Shown: one piece after another, positions 37,421 to 49,900 of the stretch
Position numbering within the stretch: position 1 is the first letter of the stretch
Layout of the letters: each line of letters begins with the position of its first letter
Virus record (IMG/VR): IMGVR_UViG_3300022868_000017
DNA length: 64,000 nt
DNA from: a virus
Reading direction: 5' to 3' (one strand)
The notes under the pieces: generated by a model
Databases searched by the model: none
What the model saw: the letters and a program-made list of their open reading frames with translations, nothing else
What the model was told of the DNA's origin: nothing
Translations under genes and position numbers: made by a program

Positions 37421-38410
37421 ATGATATATATGGACCAAACAAATAGTAAAGGTGGTATTCTAACAATCATTATAATTGTTTTAATAATATTAATAGGTAC
37501 AGGTGGGGTATTATATTATTTCTATACAACAGGTGTTTTTGATTCTGAACCAACTGATACTATAGAATTGGTAGATTTATATATTAGACCATTGGAATTT
37601 GAATCAAATAAGAATATAACATTAAATTATAGATTATTTGAAGGTCAAAAAATTGAAAAATGTTTATCAGACAAACCTTTAGATTTATGGGAAGAAGATT
37701 TAGAAGAATTCTATACTCAATATCCAGAATATGTTGGGTATACATTTAATGATGAAGGTTGTTACATTCATAAGATAGTACCTCTTTTATCATCTGAAGG
37801 TTATTTATACCCTGGATTAAACAAATTTGAATTCAAAAAACAAACTATTTACTTTATGTACTACTTTAGTGATGATCATTATGTTAATAAACAAATGTGG
37901 CTAGGGGTACCTGACCCTCAATTTTTAACTCAAAATGGTACAGTTGTTCAAGAAAAAACTATTTATGATATTACTGCTCATAAACAATCAGAAGAGATAG
38001 GTATTAATTTTTGGGGAGATATAAAATCAAACTCAAAAAATAATATTAGATTGTATTTGAATTCTACAGAAGAATTAAGACATATGTATCTATGTTGGGA
38101 TTGGTCTTTTGGTATTGTTGATATAAATAGTGACCTACCTACTCATTATCTCCCAGAAAGAATTACTCAAGAAGTATTAGAATGTTATAAGACAGATTCA
38201 TCATTATCAGTTAATAATAATAAACAAGTTGAATTTGATTTTGAAGTTGAAACAGGTAACTTAATTGAATCAGATTTTATTAAAGTTTATGTAATTGATG
38301 AAGACCAATTCCAAGATAACAATGATATTTGGGAATGGGGTTTTGAAGATGATTTGGGGTCAAACATAGGTGCAACTGACTTTATCAAAATAAAATATTT
38401 AAATACTTAA
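37421..38410 (+). CDS. membrane-anchored protein (N-terminal TM), unknown function
   Basis: MIYMDQTNSKGGILTIIIIVLIILIGTGGVLYYFY, then a 300-aa soluble domain. Confidence 0.45.
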   Translation: MIYMDQTNSKGGILTIIIIVLIILIGTGGVLYYFYTTGVFDSEPTDTIELVDLYIRPLEFESNKNITLNYRLFEGQKIEKCLSDKPLDLWEEDLEEFYTQYPEYVGYTFNDEGCYIHKIVPLLSSEGYLYPGLNKFEFKKQTIYFMYYFSDDHYVNKQMWLGVPDPQFLTQNGTVVQEKTIYDITAHKQSEEIGINFWGDIKSNSKNNIRLYLNSTEELRHMYLCWDWSFGIVDINSDLPTHYLPERITQEVLECYKTDSSLSVNNNKQVEFDFEVETGNLIESDFIKVYVIDEDQFQDNNDIWEWGFEDDLGSNIGATDFIKIKYLNT

Positions 38411-38426
38411 AAAAAAAATAGTAACA

Positions 38427-39281
38427 ATGGGAGAAGATAGACCACTTTTTAAAACTGCACTGGTAATTATAATCAGTTTCTTTATGGCAGGTCTCATCCC
38501 GTTTTTTGGTTTGTTCTTGTTTGGTGGAGTAGAAAGTGAACTTCTAAAATCTACAATGTATTATGCTATTGGTGCTTTATCTTTATTAGCTTTATTAGCT
38601 ATGGGTATTATTAATAAGATGGTTAATGATGGTCAAATAAGTGAAGAAAAATGGGGATGGGTAAATGTTTTGATTTTTGAACCTGCATCAAGTATGTTTG
38701 CTGATACTCCTCTTGAAAAATATTTAACATTCTCTAATATAATGCATTTCTCAATCATTTTTGCTTTATCTATGGCATTAATAGGTACTTTAACTCAAAC
38801 ATTTTTCGTAGCCTTACCAGCTGCTGAATTTCAAATTACAGAAACAGGTCAATTAATATTAGCTACTGAACCAGCAGCTTCAACTGAAACATTATTAATG
38901 ACTGTTATCATGAGTCTTACTATAGGTATTATTGATTGGTTCATAAAAAGGAAAGGGTTGCCCACATTAACTAGAATAGTTTTTATGATAATAGGTTCAT
39001 TTATTAACATGGGTGTGTGGGTAGGTTTACATTTCGTTAGGTATGGTGTTCAAGAAACTAGTTTAATAGGTACAGGTTTGTTTGGATTTTTAGGAAGTTT
39101 AATATCATTTATGACAGGTTCTCCTCTTACATGGTATATCTGGCATTTTTTCAATAATCTTTTCTTAAAAGCTAAGAATATATTTGGAAGTGATACAGTA
39201 GTAATAGTTATGATTGTAATCATATTGGTATATACAGCTTATGTTGTAATGTCAAAGGTTGTCAAGTCTCTAAGAAAATGA
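38427..39281 (+). CDS. polytopic integral membrane protein (about 7 TM)
   Basis: Multiple long hydrophobic helices throughout. Confidence 0.5.
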   Translation: MGEDRPLFKTALVIIISFFMAGLIPFFGLFLFGGVESELLKSTMYYAIGALSLLALLAMGIINKMVNDGQISEEKWGWVNVLIFEPASSMFADTPLEKYLTFSNIMHFSIIFALSMALIGTLTQTFFVALPAAEFQITETGQLILATEPAASTETLLMTVIMSLTIGIIDWFIKRKGLPTLTRIVFMIIGSFINMGVWVGLHFVRYGVQETSLIGTGLFGFLGSLISFMTGSPLTWYIWHFFNNLFLKAKNIFGSDTVVIVMIVIILVYTAYVVMSKVVKSLRK

Positions 39282-39291
39282 GGTCATTAAG

Positions 39292-42200
39292 ATGAAAAAT
39301 AAATATTTTATTTTGTTAGTAATGTTATTGTTAGTTGTTATATCATCATCTGTAATGAGTACTACTTATTGTAGTGGAGAATATGACGATGAAGATGGTG
39401 ATTGGGATATTACTACAGATATATCTTGTTCAGATGAAAATATTATTATACTAGGTAGTTTAAATGTAGGAGTTACTGGTGAAACACCGGTAACATCTTA
39501 TTCTCTATCTACTTCTCCTGTTTATGACATGACTAATAATGAAACAACAATTACTGCTGAAATTCCTATTATTAATAGTGATGTTACTGGTTTTACAAAT
39601 GATTGGCATCAAGATAATAATAATGACATTAAATTTGTAATAGATGAATCAGAAAATATTATTCAAATATATAGTGATTTTGAAAAGGTTGATTCATGGG
39701 TATATGGTATAGATTTAGATGGTTCTAGTGATTCTGGTTTAGATGGTATGGATTTGGCTTGGGGATATCTTGATGATGGTGACCTAGGTATAGATGATAT
39801 TGTTATTGGTTTTTATAATGAAAGTGCAGATGAAGGTGATGGAGATTGGCAATATGATATAACTGGAGATGATTCTGGTTCTATTACAATTGATTTAGAT
39901 GGTGGTTATGATTCTGGTTTAGAACAAAATTATACAGTTTATTATAATATATCTGGAACAGAATTGTCAATAATTGCAGACACAACTGGTAGTTGGAGTG
40001 ATAAATATAGTGGTGCTCTTGATTGGAATGCTGATAGTGATATTTTTCCTAGTACAACATTAAAGAATTCAGCTTATGTACCTTCTGTAGGTGGTAATTT
40101 GACATTAAGTAATATTGGTTTAAATTTTACAGGTGATATTGTTATAGGTGATATTGCTGAATTTGATGCTGATGATGTTGATTTTATTGTCATGGGTGCT
40201 GATAATGGATTAGTTATTGAATCTGATATGGGAGTAATAATTAATAATTCAAATTATCAAGCCAATGGGAGTCAATATAATTGGGCTCATATTACTGGAA
40301 ATGATGTAACTATTCAAAATACTTTTTTGGATGGTATAGGTTATAGTGGTGATGATGCTAATTATGAAGCAGATGGGGTTTATTTTTCAGGGGTTACTTC
40401 AGGATTGGTTAAAAATGCTTCAATAAATTCTAGTGGTGGTTATGGTTTAGTATTATATGATACATCTAATCTTATTATTGAAGAATCATCTGGAGAATCA
40501 TTTGATGTAAACATTGGTGATAGTTGTTATGATAATATTATCAGAAATAATGGTAATATACATTCAATAATATTTGATGGAGAAACCACATATCCTTACA
40601 ATAATCTAATTTATAATAATACTATTACTTATAGAATGGTCTTTTCAGAGTATGATAGTGAAGATGAAGAATATACTGCTGGTGAAGATAATATATTTTG
40701 GAATAATAATGTTTCAAATGCTTGGATTGAAGATGTATATCTAAGTGTATCAAATATATTTGTTTATAATAATACTTATGGGGAGATAAAGTGGGATTTA
40801 ACAAACATATCTCTGGACTCCGAGGATAGTAATAAATATATTAGTTTAGGTACTAATATTTATTTAGAAAATAATCTAGTGGGTGCCAACATTAATAGTT
40901 TTACAACAAATTTAAATGATACAGCTCAAATAAAATTCTTTGATTTAAGTTGGGCTAGAGATGTTCAATTATGTACTAATATTGGAGGTACCTTGTCTGA
41001 TTGTATTGTATGTGATGACACTAATAATTGTTCTTATTTAGATAATACTTTAACAGTTAATGTTACTCATTTTAGTAATTATTCAACTAATGGAACTATC
41101 AATGTTGTTCCTAATGTAACCTTAATTAGTCCACCTGATGCTCAAAGTAATACATCTAATTTATTACAACAAACATTTACTTGTAACTTTACAGATGATT
41201 ATAATATGACCAGTATGTCACTATATTTAACTAATAATCAAAATACTAGTTTTGCTTTAAATCAAACAAATACAACTATATCTGGAACATCAGGGAGTGT
41301 ATCTTGGGATGTATCTTTAAATTCAGGAAATTATACTTGGAATTGTTTGGGGTATGATGTTGATGGTGGTTTGGATTGGGCAGATACAAATAGAACTTTA
41401 GTTGTTGAACCAATACCTACTTATTGTGGTGGATTATATATATCAGGTGATTGGACAATTAATAGTTCAGTAAGTTGTTCAGATGAAACAATTCCAGTTA
41501 CTGGTAATTTATTGATTGATTATATAAGTAGTACTGCAGTCACTTCATTTACAACTGATAATGAAGGATATTATGATTTAAGTGGTAATTCTACTTCAAT
41601 TACAAATGCAATTCCAGATGAAGATAAAACAACACCTTCACAATACACAGATGACTGGGATAGTAACACACCAGACTTTTATATTGTTATGAATGAAAGT
41701 GAGCATAAAATTCAGATGTTTGCAGATATGATTTCCACTACAAATTATCTTTATTATGTTGATATAGATGATGATGAATCAAGTGGAGATGCTAATGGTA
41801 ATGACCTTCTTTTCGGATATTACTCTGGAGCAGGCGGATATATTATTGGTGGTTGGAATAGTACACTGGGAGATAACCAAATATTCACTTCTGGTCAAAC
41901 AATAGATACCAATATGGATGTGAATTTAGCAAATAATTTTACACTTTATTTTAATCAAACTGGAACTACTTGGGAAATAGTTATTGATGTTACTGGAGTA
42001 TGGGTAGATAAATCAATAACTTCTTTTGATTTATTAGGAAATTATTGGTACACTACTTTTACAAACTCTCCATCAGTAGAATATATTGGTAACTTAACTT
42101 TAGATAATGTTAATTTAAATGTTACTGGAAATATTACTATTGAAGCAAATGCTTATTTTAATGCAGATAATACTAATTTTACTATTTTAACTAATGATAA

Positions 42201-43980
42201 TACTTCTGGAATGCAAATACAATCTAGTACAGGAGTAATAATTAACAATTCAAGATTTGAAACTAACCAATCTGGTTATTCATGGATTTATGTTACAGGT
42301 AATGATGTGACGATTCAAGATACTTACGTTGACTGGGTAACTGCTTCACCAACCAGTTTATATGGTAAGGCAATAACATTTAGTGGTGTTAGTTCAGGTT
42401 TATTAAACGGCATAACATTAGGTAATTGGACAAAAGATGATGTTTATGTATATTTATCTTCAGGTGTAACTATTGAAAATTTAATAGATGATTCTTTTGG
42501 TAGTCTTGCAGGGAATATTTATGTTGATGGTGGTTCATCAAACATTATAAAACACAGTTCTCAATTAAGTAGTGTTCTTTTCTCTGGAGATACATATGAC
42601 AATTTGGTTTACAATAATACTATTGATTATGCAATTCAATTAAGTGATACAACTCTCGGTTATGCTGGATATAATAATGTTTTGTGGAACAATAATATTT
42701 CTAGTGGTATAAATGATAATAATAATACAGTTAGTAACATCATTGTTTACAATAACACTTTTGGGGAAGTTAAATGGAACTCAACTAACTTAACTTTTAG
42801 TAGTCAATTTTGGATTGAAAAACCTACTATTGCTTTAGATTCAGATATCTATTTAGAAAATAATTTAGTAGGTGTAAATATTAAAAATGCCAATTATACA
42901 ATTCTTAATACAACAGCAACAATCAAATTTTTTGGATTGAATGATACATCTCATCAATTATTTAGAAATGGTGTGAGATGTGATGATGGTGATGATTGTA
43001 ATATAACTTATGATGATGGTGGTATAGTAATTGCTACAGTAAGTGGTTTTAGTAATTATACAACCATTGAGGCGGCTACAAATAATGTCCCTACAATATC
43101 ATTGATATCCCCTTCAACTGGTTCTACTCTATTGCAATCATATGCAAACTTAGTTGTACAAGGTGATGATGATGATGATAGTGATATAGTAAACATATCT
43201 ATTTATGCTGATACAACAACTATTCCAACAACATTAGTAAAAACATTTACAGATATTAATTACAATACAAATTATACTTATGAATTACAACTAACAGAAG
43301 GTGAGGTTGATTATTATTGGAAAGCTATTATTACAGATGGGACTAATTCAACTAGTTCATCAGTTAGAAGAGTTACATATGATGTAGTTAATGAATTAGC
43401 TAGTGGTAGTTCAATATCATCAATTAGTACAACAGTATCATTATATGATATTGAGTATGAAGATGAAGTAACTATATGGGGAAAACCAGGTGAACATCTT
43501 ATAGAAGTAATGGAAATGAAAAATAATGGAGATGAACAGGTTGAAATATCTTTTGAATGTTTTGGAGATGTTTGTGACATTATTAAGTATGAACCTAAAT
43601 ATATTCTTGATGCTAATTTAACTCAAGACATAAATTTAACTGTTTTCTTATCTGATGAACCAGAAAAACAAGAATATTCAGGTTATTTGAAATTTGGGGA
43701 AAATGATAAGATAGATATTAGTGTGTATGTACCTCAACCAACTATTTATAAGTTGAAAACACATTTAACTGATAATTGGGTTGTATCACCATTATCTGAT
43801 GGAGGTAAGCCACTTGAAATACCTTTCTGGTTAGTATATGCTTTCTCTTTCTTAATAGGAGGTGCTCTTATATACTTAGTTTTATCTTTAATATTTCAAT
43901 CAGCTTTTATAGCTATAATAGTATCAATATTATTTCCTTTCATAGCAGAGGTGGTAATTATATTACAGAGGATATTATAG
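39292..43980 (+). CDS. giant (1562 aa) secreted, C-terminally membrane-anchored beta-helix-like glycoprotein
   Basis: Signal peptide. Two tandem roughly 700-aa modules (res 25-700 and 705-1400) sharing TYC(S/G)G...SCSDE..I, TG.W.DK, (H/Y)(I/V)TGNDVTIQ(N/D)T, IYLENNLVG(A/V)NI and A(Q/T)IKFF. Dense N-x-S/T sequons. C-terminal PLEIPFWLVY plus TM helices. TAG stop abuts the next ATG. Confidence 0.7.
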   Translation: MKNKYFILLVMLLLVVISSSVMSTTYCSGEYDDEDGDWDITTDISCSDENIIILGSLNVGVTGETPVTSYSLSTSPVYDMTNNETTITAEIPIINSDVTGFTNDWHQDNNNDIKFVIDESENIIQIYSDFEKVDSWVYGIDLDGSSDSGLDGMDLAWGYLDDGDLGIDDIVIGFYNESADEGDGDWQYDITGDDSGSITIDLDGGYDSGLEQNYTVYYNISGTELSIIADTTGSWSDKYSGALDWNADSDIFPSTTLKNSAYVPSVGGNLTLSNIGLNFTGDIVIGDIAEFDADDVDFIVMGADNGLVIESDMGVIINNSNYQANGSQYNWAHITGNDVTIQNTFLDGIGYSGDDANYEADGVYFSGVTSGLVKNASINSSGGYGLVLYDTSNLIIEESSGESFDVNIGDSCYDNIIRNNGNIHSIIFDGETTYPYNNLIYNNTITYRMVFSEYDSEDEEYTAGEDNIFWNNNVSNAWIEDVYLSVSNIFVYNNTYGEIKWDLTNISLDSEDSNKYISLGTNIYLENNLVGANINSFTTNLNDTAQIKFFDLSWARDVQLCTNIGGTLSDCIVCDDTNNCSYLDNTLTVNVTHFSNYSTNGTINVVPNVTLISPPDAQSNTSNLLQQTFTCNFTDDYNMTSMSLYLTNNQNTSFALNQTNTTISGTSGSVSWDVSLNSGNYTWNCLGYDVDGGLDWADTNRTLVVEPIPTYCGGLYISGDWTINSSVSCSDETIPVTGNLLIDYISSTAVTSFTTDNEGYYDLSGNSTSITNAIPDEDKTTPSQYTDDWDSNTPDFYIVMNESEHKIQMFADMISTTNYLYYVDIDDDESSGDANGNDLLFGYYSGAGGYIIGGWNSTLGDNQIFTSGQTIDTNMDVNLANNFTLYFNQTGTTWEIVIDVTGVWVDKSITSFDLLGNYWYTTFTNSPSVEYIGNLTLDNVNLNVTGNITIEANAYFNADNTNFTILTNDNTSGMQIQSSTGVIINNSRFETNQSGYSWIYVTGNDVTIQDTYVDWVTASPTSLYGKAITFSGVSSGLLNGITLGNWTKDDVYVYLSSGVTIENLIDDSFGSLAGNIYVDGGSSNIIKHSSQLSSVLFSGDTYDNLVYNNTIDYAIQLSDTTLGYAGYNNVLWNNNISSGINDNNNTVSNIIVYNNTFGEVKWNSTNLTFSSQFWIEKPTIALDSDIYLENNLVGVNIKNANYTILNTTATIKFFGLNDTSHQLFRNGVRCDDGDDCNITYDDGGIVIATVSGFSNYTTIEAATNNVPTISLISPSTGSTLLQSYANLVVQGDDDDDSDIVNISIYADTTTIPTTLVKTFTDINYNTNYTYELQLTEGEVDYYWKAIITDGTNSTSSSVRRVTYDVVNELASGSSISSISTTVSLYDIEYEDEVTIWGKPGEHLIEVMEMKNNGDEQVEISFECFGDVCDIIKYEPKYILDANLTQDINLTVFLSDEPEKQEYSGYLKFGENDKIDISVYVPQPTIYKLKTHLTDNWVVSPLSDGGKPLEIPFWLVYAFSFLIGGALIYLVLSLIFQSAFIAIIVSILFPFIAEVVIILQRIL

Positions 43981-46900
43981 ATGAAAAAAGTATATGTGAT
44001 AGGATGTGTAATCTGTCTATTGTTAATATCATTAGTCTCATCTACATTATATGATACAATTTTTAGTCCAGAAGAATCTAAAAAAAATGTAACATTTATT
44101 ACTAGTGGTACTAATTCATCATTTTATTTTGATATTAATTATCCAACTGAACTTAATAAAGGTACTTTTGATTTTTGGGGTTATTTATATGAAGACATTT
44201 GTGAACAAAATAATGCTTCTGATAATTCTAATGGTTGTGGATTAACTACAGGTACTTATTCTTTTAATAATAACTTTAATGATAATAATTATTCAACATA
44301 TACTGTTTTAGATAACGGACCTTATTATATTAATTATACTAAACCAGAAGGGTATGCTACAACATCCACATGGCAAGTTAAGTCTATTACACCTGCTTGT
44401 GCAGGTGGAGAAACTGAATATTTTTATAATCTTAGTATTAATACTTCATGTTTTACTCCTGATATTTTACAATTAAGAGTAGTTAAAGATACTTCAGCTA
44501 GTCCTAAATCTGCTAGTTTTCAATGTTATAGTGGTTCAAGTTGGTTGGAAATTAAAAAAGAAGAAGGTAGTCAATGTATAATTGATAATGATGTTTATTT
44601 ATCTGAAGAAAGTATGTATTGGTATATTAATAGTTATCCTGAAGATATCCAAGTAAATTTTTCAAATAATATTCTATTATTTATTGATGGAGAATTAAGA
44701 GGTAATAATGTTAGTGTAGATAATTTTTATAATAATCAAGATAACATAATATTTGGTATTGATGATAATGAATATATAACATATATCAATATTTTTAATA
44801 GTTCTAATGTAACATCTTTTACTTTTTCAATAGAATCATCTGGAGACTTACCTTCTTATACTATTTATGAAGATAATGCTGATGAATATGTTTCTACATT
44901 AGGAACTGAATTTAGAGATGGAAGTTTTGATACATATACAATTAATGAAGGAAGTTGTCATACTGTTGTTGAAATCATGGAGAAATGGGATGTTACTGAC
45001 TCTGATTATTATGTGTCACATGTTATAGCTCCTAATTATATTAAATTTTATAATCAGACATCATCAACTTATGAAACATTGTCATTAGATTATTATGCTC
45101 ATGATACTGGTAGAGTTTATGATATATCTGATTTTAAATATACTGAAGATAGTAAACAATATTTAAATGTTTCAACTGGATTGGTTAGAGGGTCAGGTTG
45201 TATAGGTGCTGGAACAACATCTACTAGATTATATGAAACATCAGTAGGTGAATACTTATCTGCATATGGTGAAAGTGTAGTTTCAACTGATTCTTTTGAA
45301 GATAGTACATTTGGAAGTTGGATTAATGAATCATTATATGATTATTCACCTCCTTCTTATGCTGTAGTAAATATATCTTCAGATTGGGCTTCTGCTGGAA
45401 TAAAATCTATTTATTTTCATGGTGGGGCAGGAGGAAATGATGCTAGTTTAAGACAAGAACTTGATTTGTCAGATTATAGTTATATGATGTTTGATATAAA
45501 TATAACAGATTATGGTAGTTATAGTGGGATATATGGTTTTATTGATGATATAGAACAAGGATACTTCAATTCAACTAATTCAAAATTTGATTTTACAGGT
45601 TTGTCTGGTATTCATAATGTATCATTTAAAGCACAAGGTGGGAATGATTGGACATCACCTACTATTGGTTATTTGGATAATATCCGATTATATGATAAAA
45701 CATTATCAACAACAGAATATGGTAATTTATATGTTAATATTGGAGATGTAACTAATACTTCATGTTATCAAGAACAATCTAATGAATCTACTGTATGTGG
45801 TGGATTAAGTACAGGTACTTATTCTTTTTCAAATAACTTTAGTGATGGAGATTATAATACATTAATATCATTATCTGATGATTCTTCTTATTATGTTAAT
45901 TATACGATTCCATCAAGAACTCTATCTGGATTGGCAAAATATAAATTTAATAATTCTGAATGTAGTGGTATGGTAGATAGTAGTACTTCTATTCCATCAG
46001 GTTGTTTAGTAAAAGATAATAATTTATTGGAAATGGAATATGAACTTGAAGATTCTTGTTTCTTACTCGGTACACAAATTAAAATGTTTGATGGTACTTC
46101 TAAAAATATTGAAGAAATTAAAATAGGAGATATAGTTCAAACTTTTAATGGTTTATCATTTTCAAATCAAAAAGTAACTAATACATTTTACCATCCTATA
46201 CAAGAAAGAGAATATTTAATCATTAATGATAGATTAAAAATAACAACTAATCATCCTATCATATTAAACAATGAATGGTATGAATCTAGTTCATCTAAGG
46301 TAGGGGATTACTTATTATTATCAAATGGCCAATATGAACAAATTTATAAAATTGAATCAGTTAGTGAAAATGTAGATGTTTATAATTTAGAAGTAGAAAA
46401 TACTCATACATATTTTGCTGAAGATATATTGGTACATAATAAAATAGGTATAGATTGTGATTTATATAAACATAAAGTCAAGTGTAAAGATAATACAGGT
46501 AGTTGGAATGAAATGGCTACATATGGTATGAAAAAAGATAGAAGTATATTTGATTATTATGAAGAAAGTGTTAATTGGACTCTTTATGATGATGATTGGG
46601 CACATAGTGTTAATCAATCATGGTGTTTCCAAGAAAGTGCAAATGCAACTAACCAAACAGGTCTAGATGGAGATTGTAATTTAGATTATAGTGGGGTTTA
46701 TAGTGATAATGATTCAGGTGGATATTATAGTAGTTATATTGCACTAAATGCATATGATGGTGATTGGGACACATATAGTGCTCCTAAAACTTCGGTAACA
46801 AATTATATAAATACTTTTATAAATTATACTAAACCAATTGGAGCATCAAATAATAGTTTATGGACTGTTAAAGATTATAACGCAACAATAAATTTATCAG

Positions 46901-49900
46901 TTGCAGAATGTTGGGATTATGATTCAGATAAATTAATTTTACGTGCAAAAGCAGAAAGAACTGGAACACTTACTGGGAATGTTACTTGGTATTGTTATAA
47001 TGGTGAATGGGTTACACTTAGAGATACTTATGAAGATATATTATTAAGGATATATGAAGAAGCAATGTGGTGGTATGTTGATAAACAAACTAGTGATGAT
47101 TTATCATCAGATGTTAATGATTATTTAACAAGTTGTACTTTAACAAGTGATGGAAGATGCCAAGTTCCAATAAAAATAGGTTCAAAATTAAATCATTCAT
47201 TTAAAATATCTGATGTAGATATGAATTATACTATATCTTCAACTACAACTTTTGATTTTGCATCTATTATGAATGATTATGCTACTGAATCATATAAGTA
47301 TTTGAATATTACATCTTCTGAACCTGGTATTTTTAATCTTAATAGTATTAATATTTCATCCTATATAACTGTAATATCACCTACAACTGACCAAAAGTTT
47401 CTTCAAGATATACCTACATCTTATTTAAATGTATCAACTGAAATTAGTATGGATAGTTGTTTATGGTCATCTGATACAGGATTGACTAATTATTCATTGA
47501 CATCTATTAATTCAACATATTTTTATAATGATACAGTTGGATTAACATTATTAGATGGTAATCATAATGTAACATATTATTGTAATTCATCAGCAGATGG
47601 AACATGGTATACATCTGAAAGAATAGATTTTTTTATAGATAGTATTAATATTACAACTTGTAGAGATTTAGCAGTAAGTGATAGAAAATATGAATTAATT
47701 AATGACTTGACTTATCAAAGCTCAGGTATAAACAAAGATAAATGTCTTTCTATTTCGAATGATAATATTATCTTAGATGGTAATAATTATAATATATCTT
47801 TAAATAATAATATAGCTACTTATCCTGATTATGAATGTGGTATACTTATTGGTAATACAAATAATGGTATTGTTAAAAATATGGGTGTATTAGAAGATAG
47901 TGAACAAAAATTTGTTGGTATTTGTTCTTTTAGTACTTCTTTTACTAATTATAGTATTTATGATAATACATTCTATCTAAATAGAGCATATGTACTAAGT
48001 GGTATTAGAAATAACACATTTTATAATAATCGATATATTGAACCAAGTGGTGGTAGTAACCTATTGATGTCAGGTTCCTCTTCATATGATAATTTATTTA
48101 GAGATGAAAGTATGACATTGGGTTTCATTGTATATAGTAATGTTTTCAATACAACATTTTTAAATGTAACAGGTACAGATAACAGTCCTAGCAGTAGAAT
48201 AACAAGATTATGGTATCTAGATGGTTCAGTATATGGTATATCTAATCCTATTGAAGAAGCTAATGTAACTGTTTACAATGTTTCAGGTGATGTAATATCT
48301 TCTTTTTTAACAGATAGTAGTGGTAATATAAATCAAACAAATATTACTGAATATGTCTTTACTACTTATCATACACCTCATACAATTAATATAACTAAAG
48401 AGGGATATTATACTAATTCAACAACTTATGATATTACAGAAACTCATAATATAAATTTCAATGTATCATTATTACCAAATACATATTATCCCTATATTAC
48501 ATTGTACCATCCTGAAGAACAAACATATGGTTTTAATGAATCATTACCATTGAATTATTCTATATCATCAGGAGGTACAATTATAGATTCTTGTTGGTAT
48601 ACAATTATTAATTCATCTGATGGGATAATTATAAATAATGAAACTCTGAGTAGTTGTAATAATGGAACATTTGATGTACCATATGAAGATAACTATAATT
48701 TAACTTTATATGTAAATAATACAATAGGAACAACTAATAGTAGAAGTATATTATTTTCAGTATCATTAACAGGACCAGCTATTGTATTGAATTATCCAAC
48801 TTCAAATGCATACTTAAATAATGGGACAAATATAGATTTTAATTTTACAGTTACAGATGGAGATGGGATAAGTATTTGTAGATTATATAGTGATTGGAAT
48901 GGTTCTTACGAAATAAATGATACATATGATGATGTTGTTAGTGGGATTGAGTATAGTGTACAAAAAAACATATCTAATGGAGAATACAATTGGAATGTTT
49001 GGTGTAATGATACATTGGATTTTGATAATTATGCTTTGAATAATAAAACATTTACTATTGATAGTAAATATCCAGTTCTTGATTTAACTAGTCCAAATGG
49101 TACATTAGATTCAAGAACCAATATATCAGTTAATTGGACAGTTTCTGATTTAACTTCTATTATTTGTAAATATAATGTTTATAGAGGTATTACTTTAGAA
49201 GTAGCTAATACAACAATTGATTGTGACTTAAATGTATCAACATTTGATGTTACTTTAGATGCATCTTTTATATTAAACTTTTATGCAACTGATTATTTAA
49301 ATCATACAACAAGTGATTCAAGTTCATTTGTAGTTGATACAACTGTACCTGTAACACCTTCATCCCCAGGAGGAGGTGGGAAAGTAATTATCAAGAAAGA
49401 AGAGGCAGGTGTTGAATTTAGTATTACATCAGATATTGGTGGTACTTTTTATGAATTTGTAATAGCTAATGATGATTTTAGAACTAGAGGTATTACAGTT
49501 GAAAATATGGGAGTAGCATTAACTAATTTAAAATTAGAATGTGATGGTGGTCCAGAATGTAATTGGATGTTGATTGATGAAACTTCAATATCATTAGAAG
49601 AAGGAGAATCAAAAGATATAGATTTTACAATTTCTGTACCAGATAATGCTGAAAAGAAAGATTATAAGATGGCTATTAGAGCTATTTATCAGGATGTATC
49701 AGGTAAATTAGATATTGATGTATCAGTATCATCATTAGGTACAATTTTTAAGAAAGTAATATGGAAACCATTTGAAGGATTATCACCTTTAGTTATTCCT
49801 GTATGGTTAATATGGATTTTTAGTTTATTGTTTTCATTTGTAGGTTCAATATTAGGTCTAAATAGGTTTGTTGATAATAAAACATTCTTAACTTTGATAT

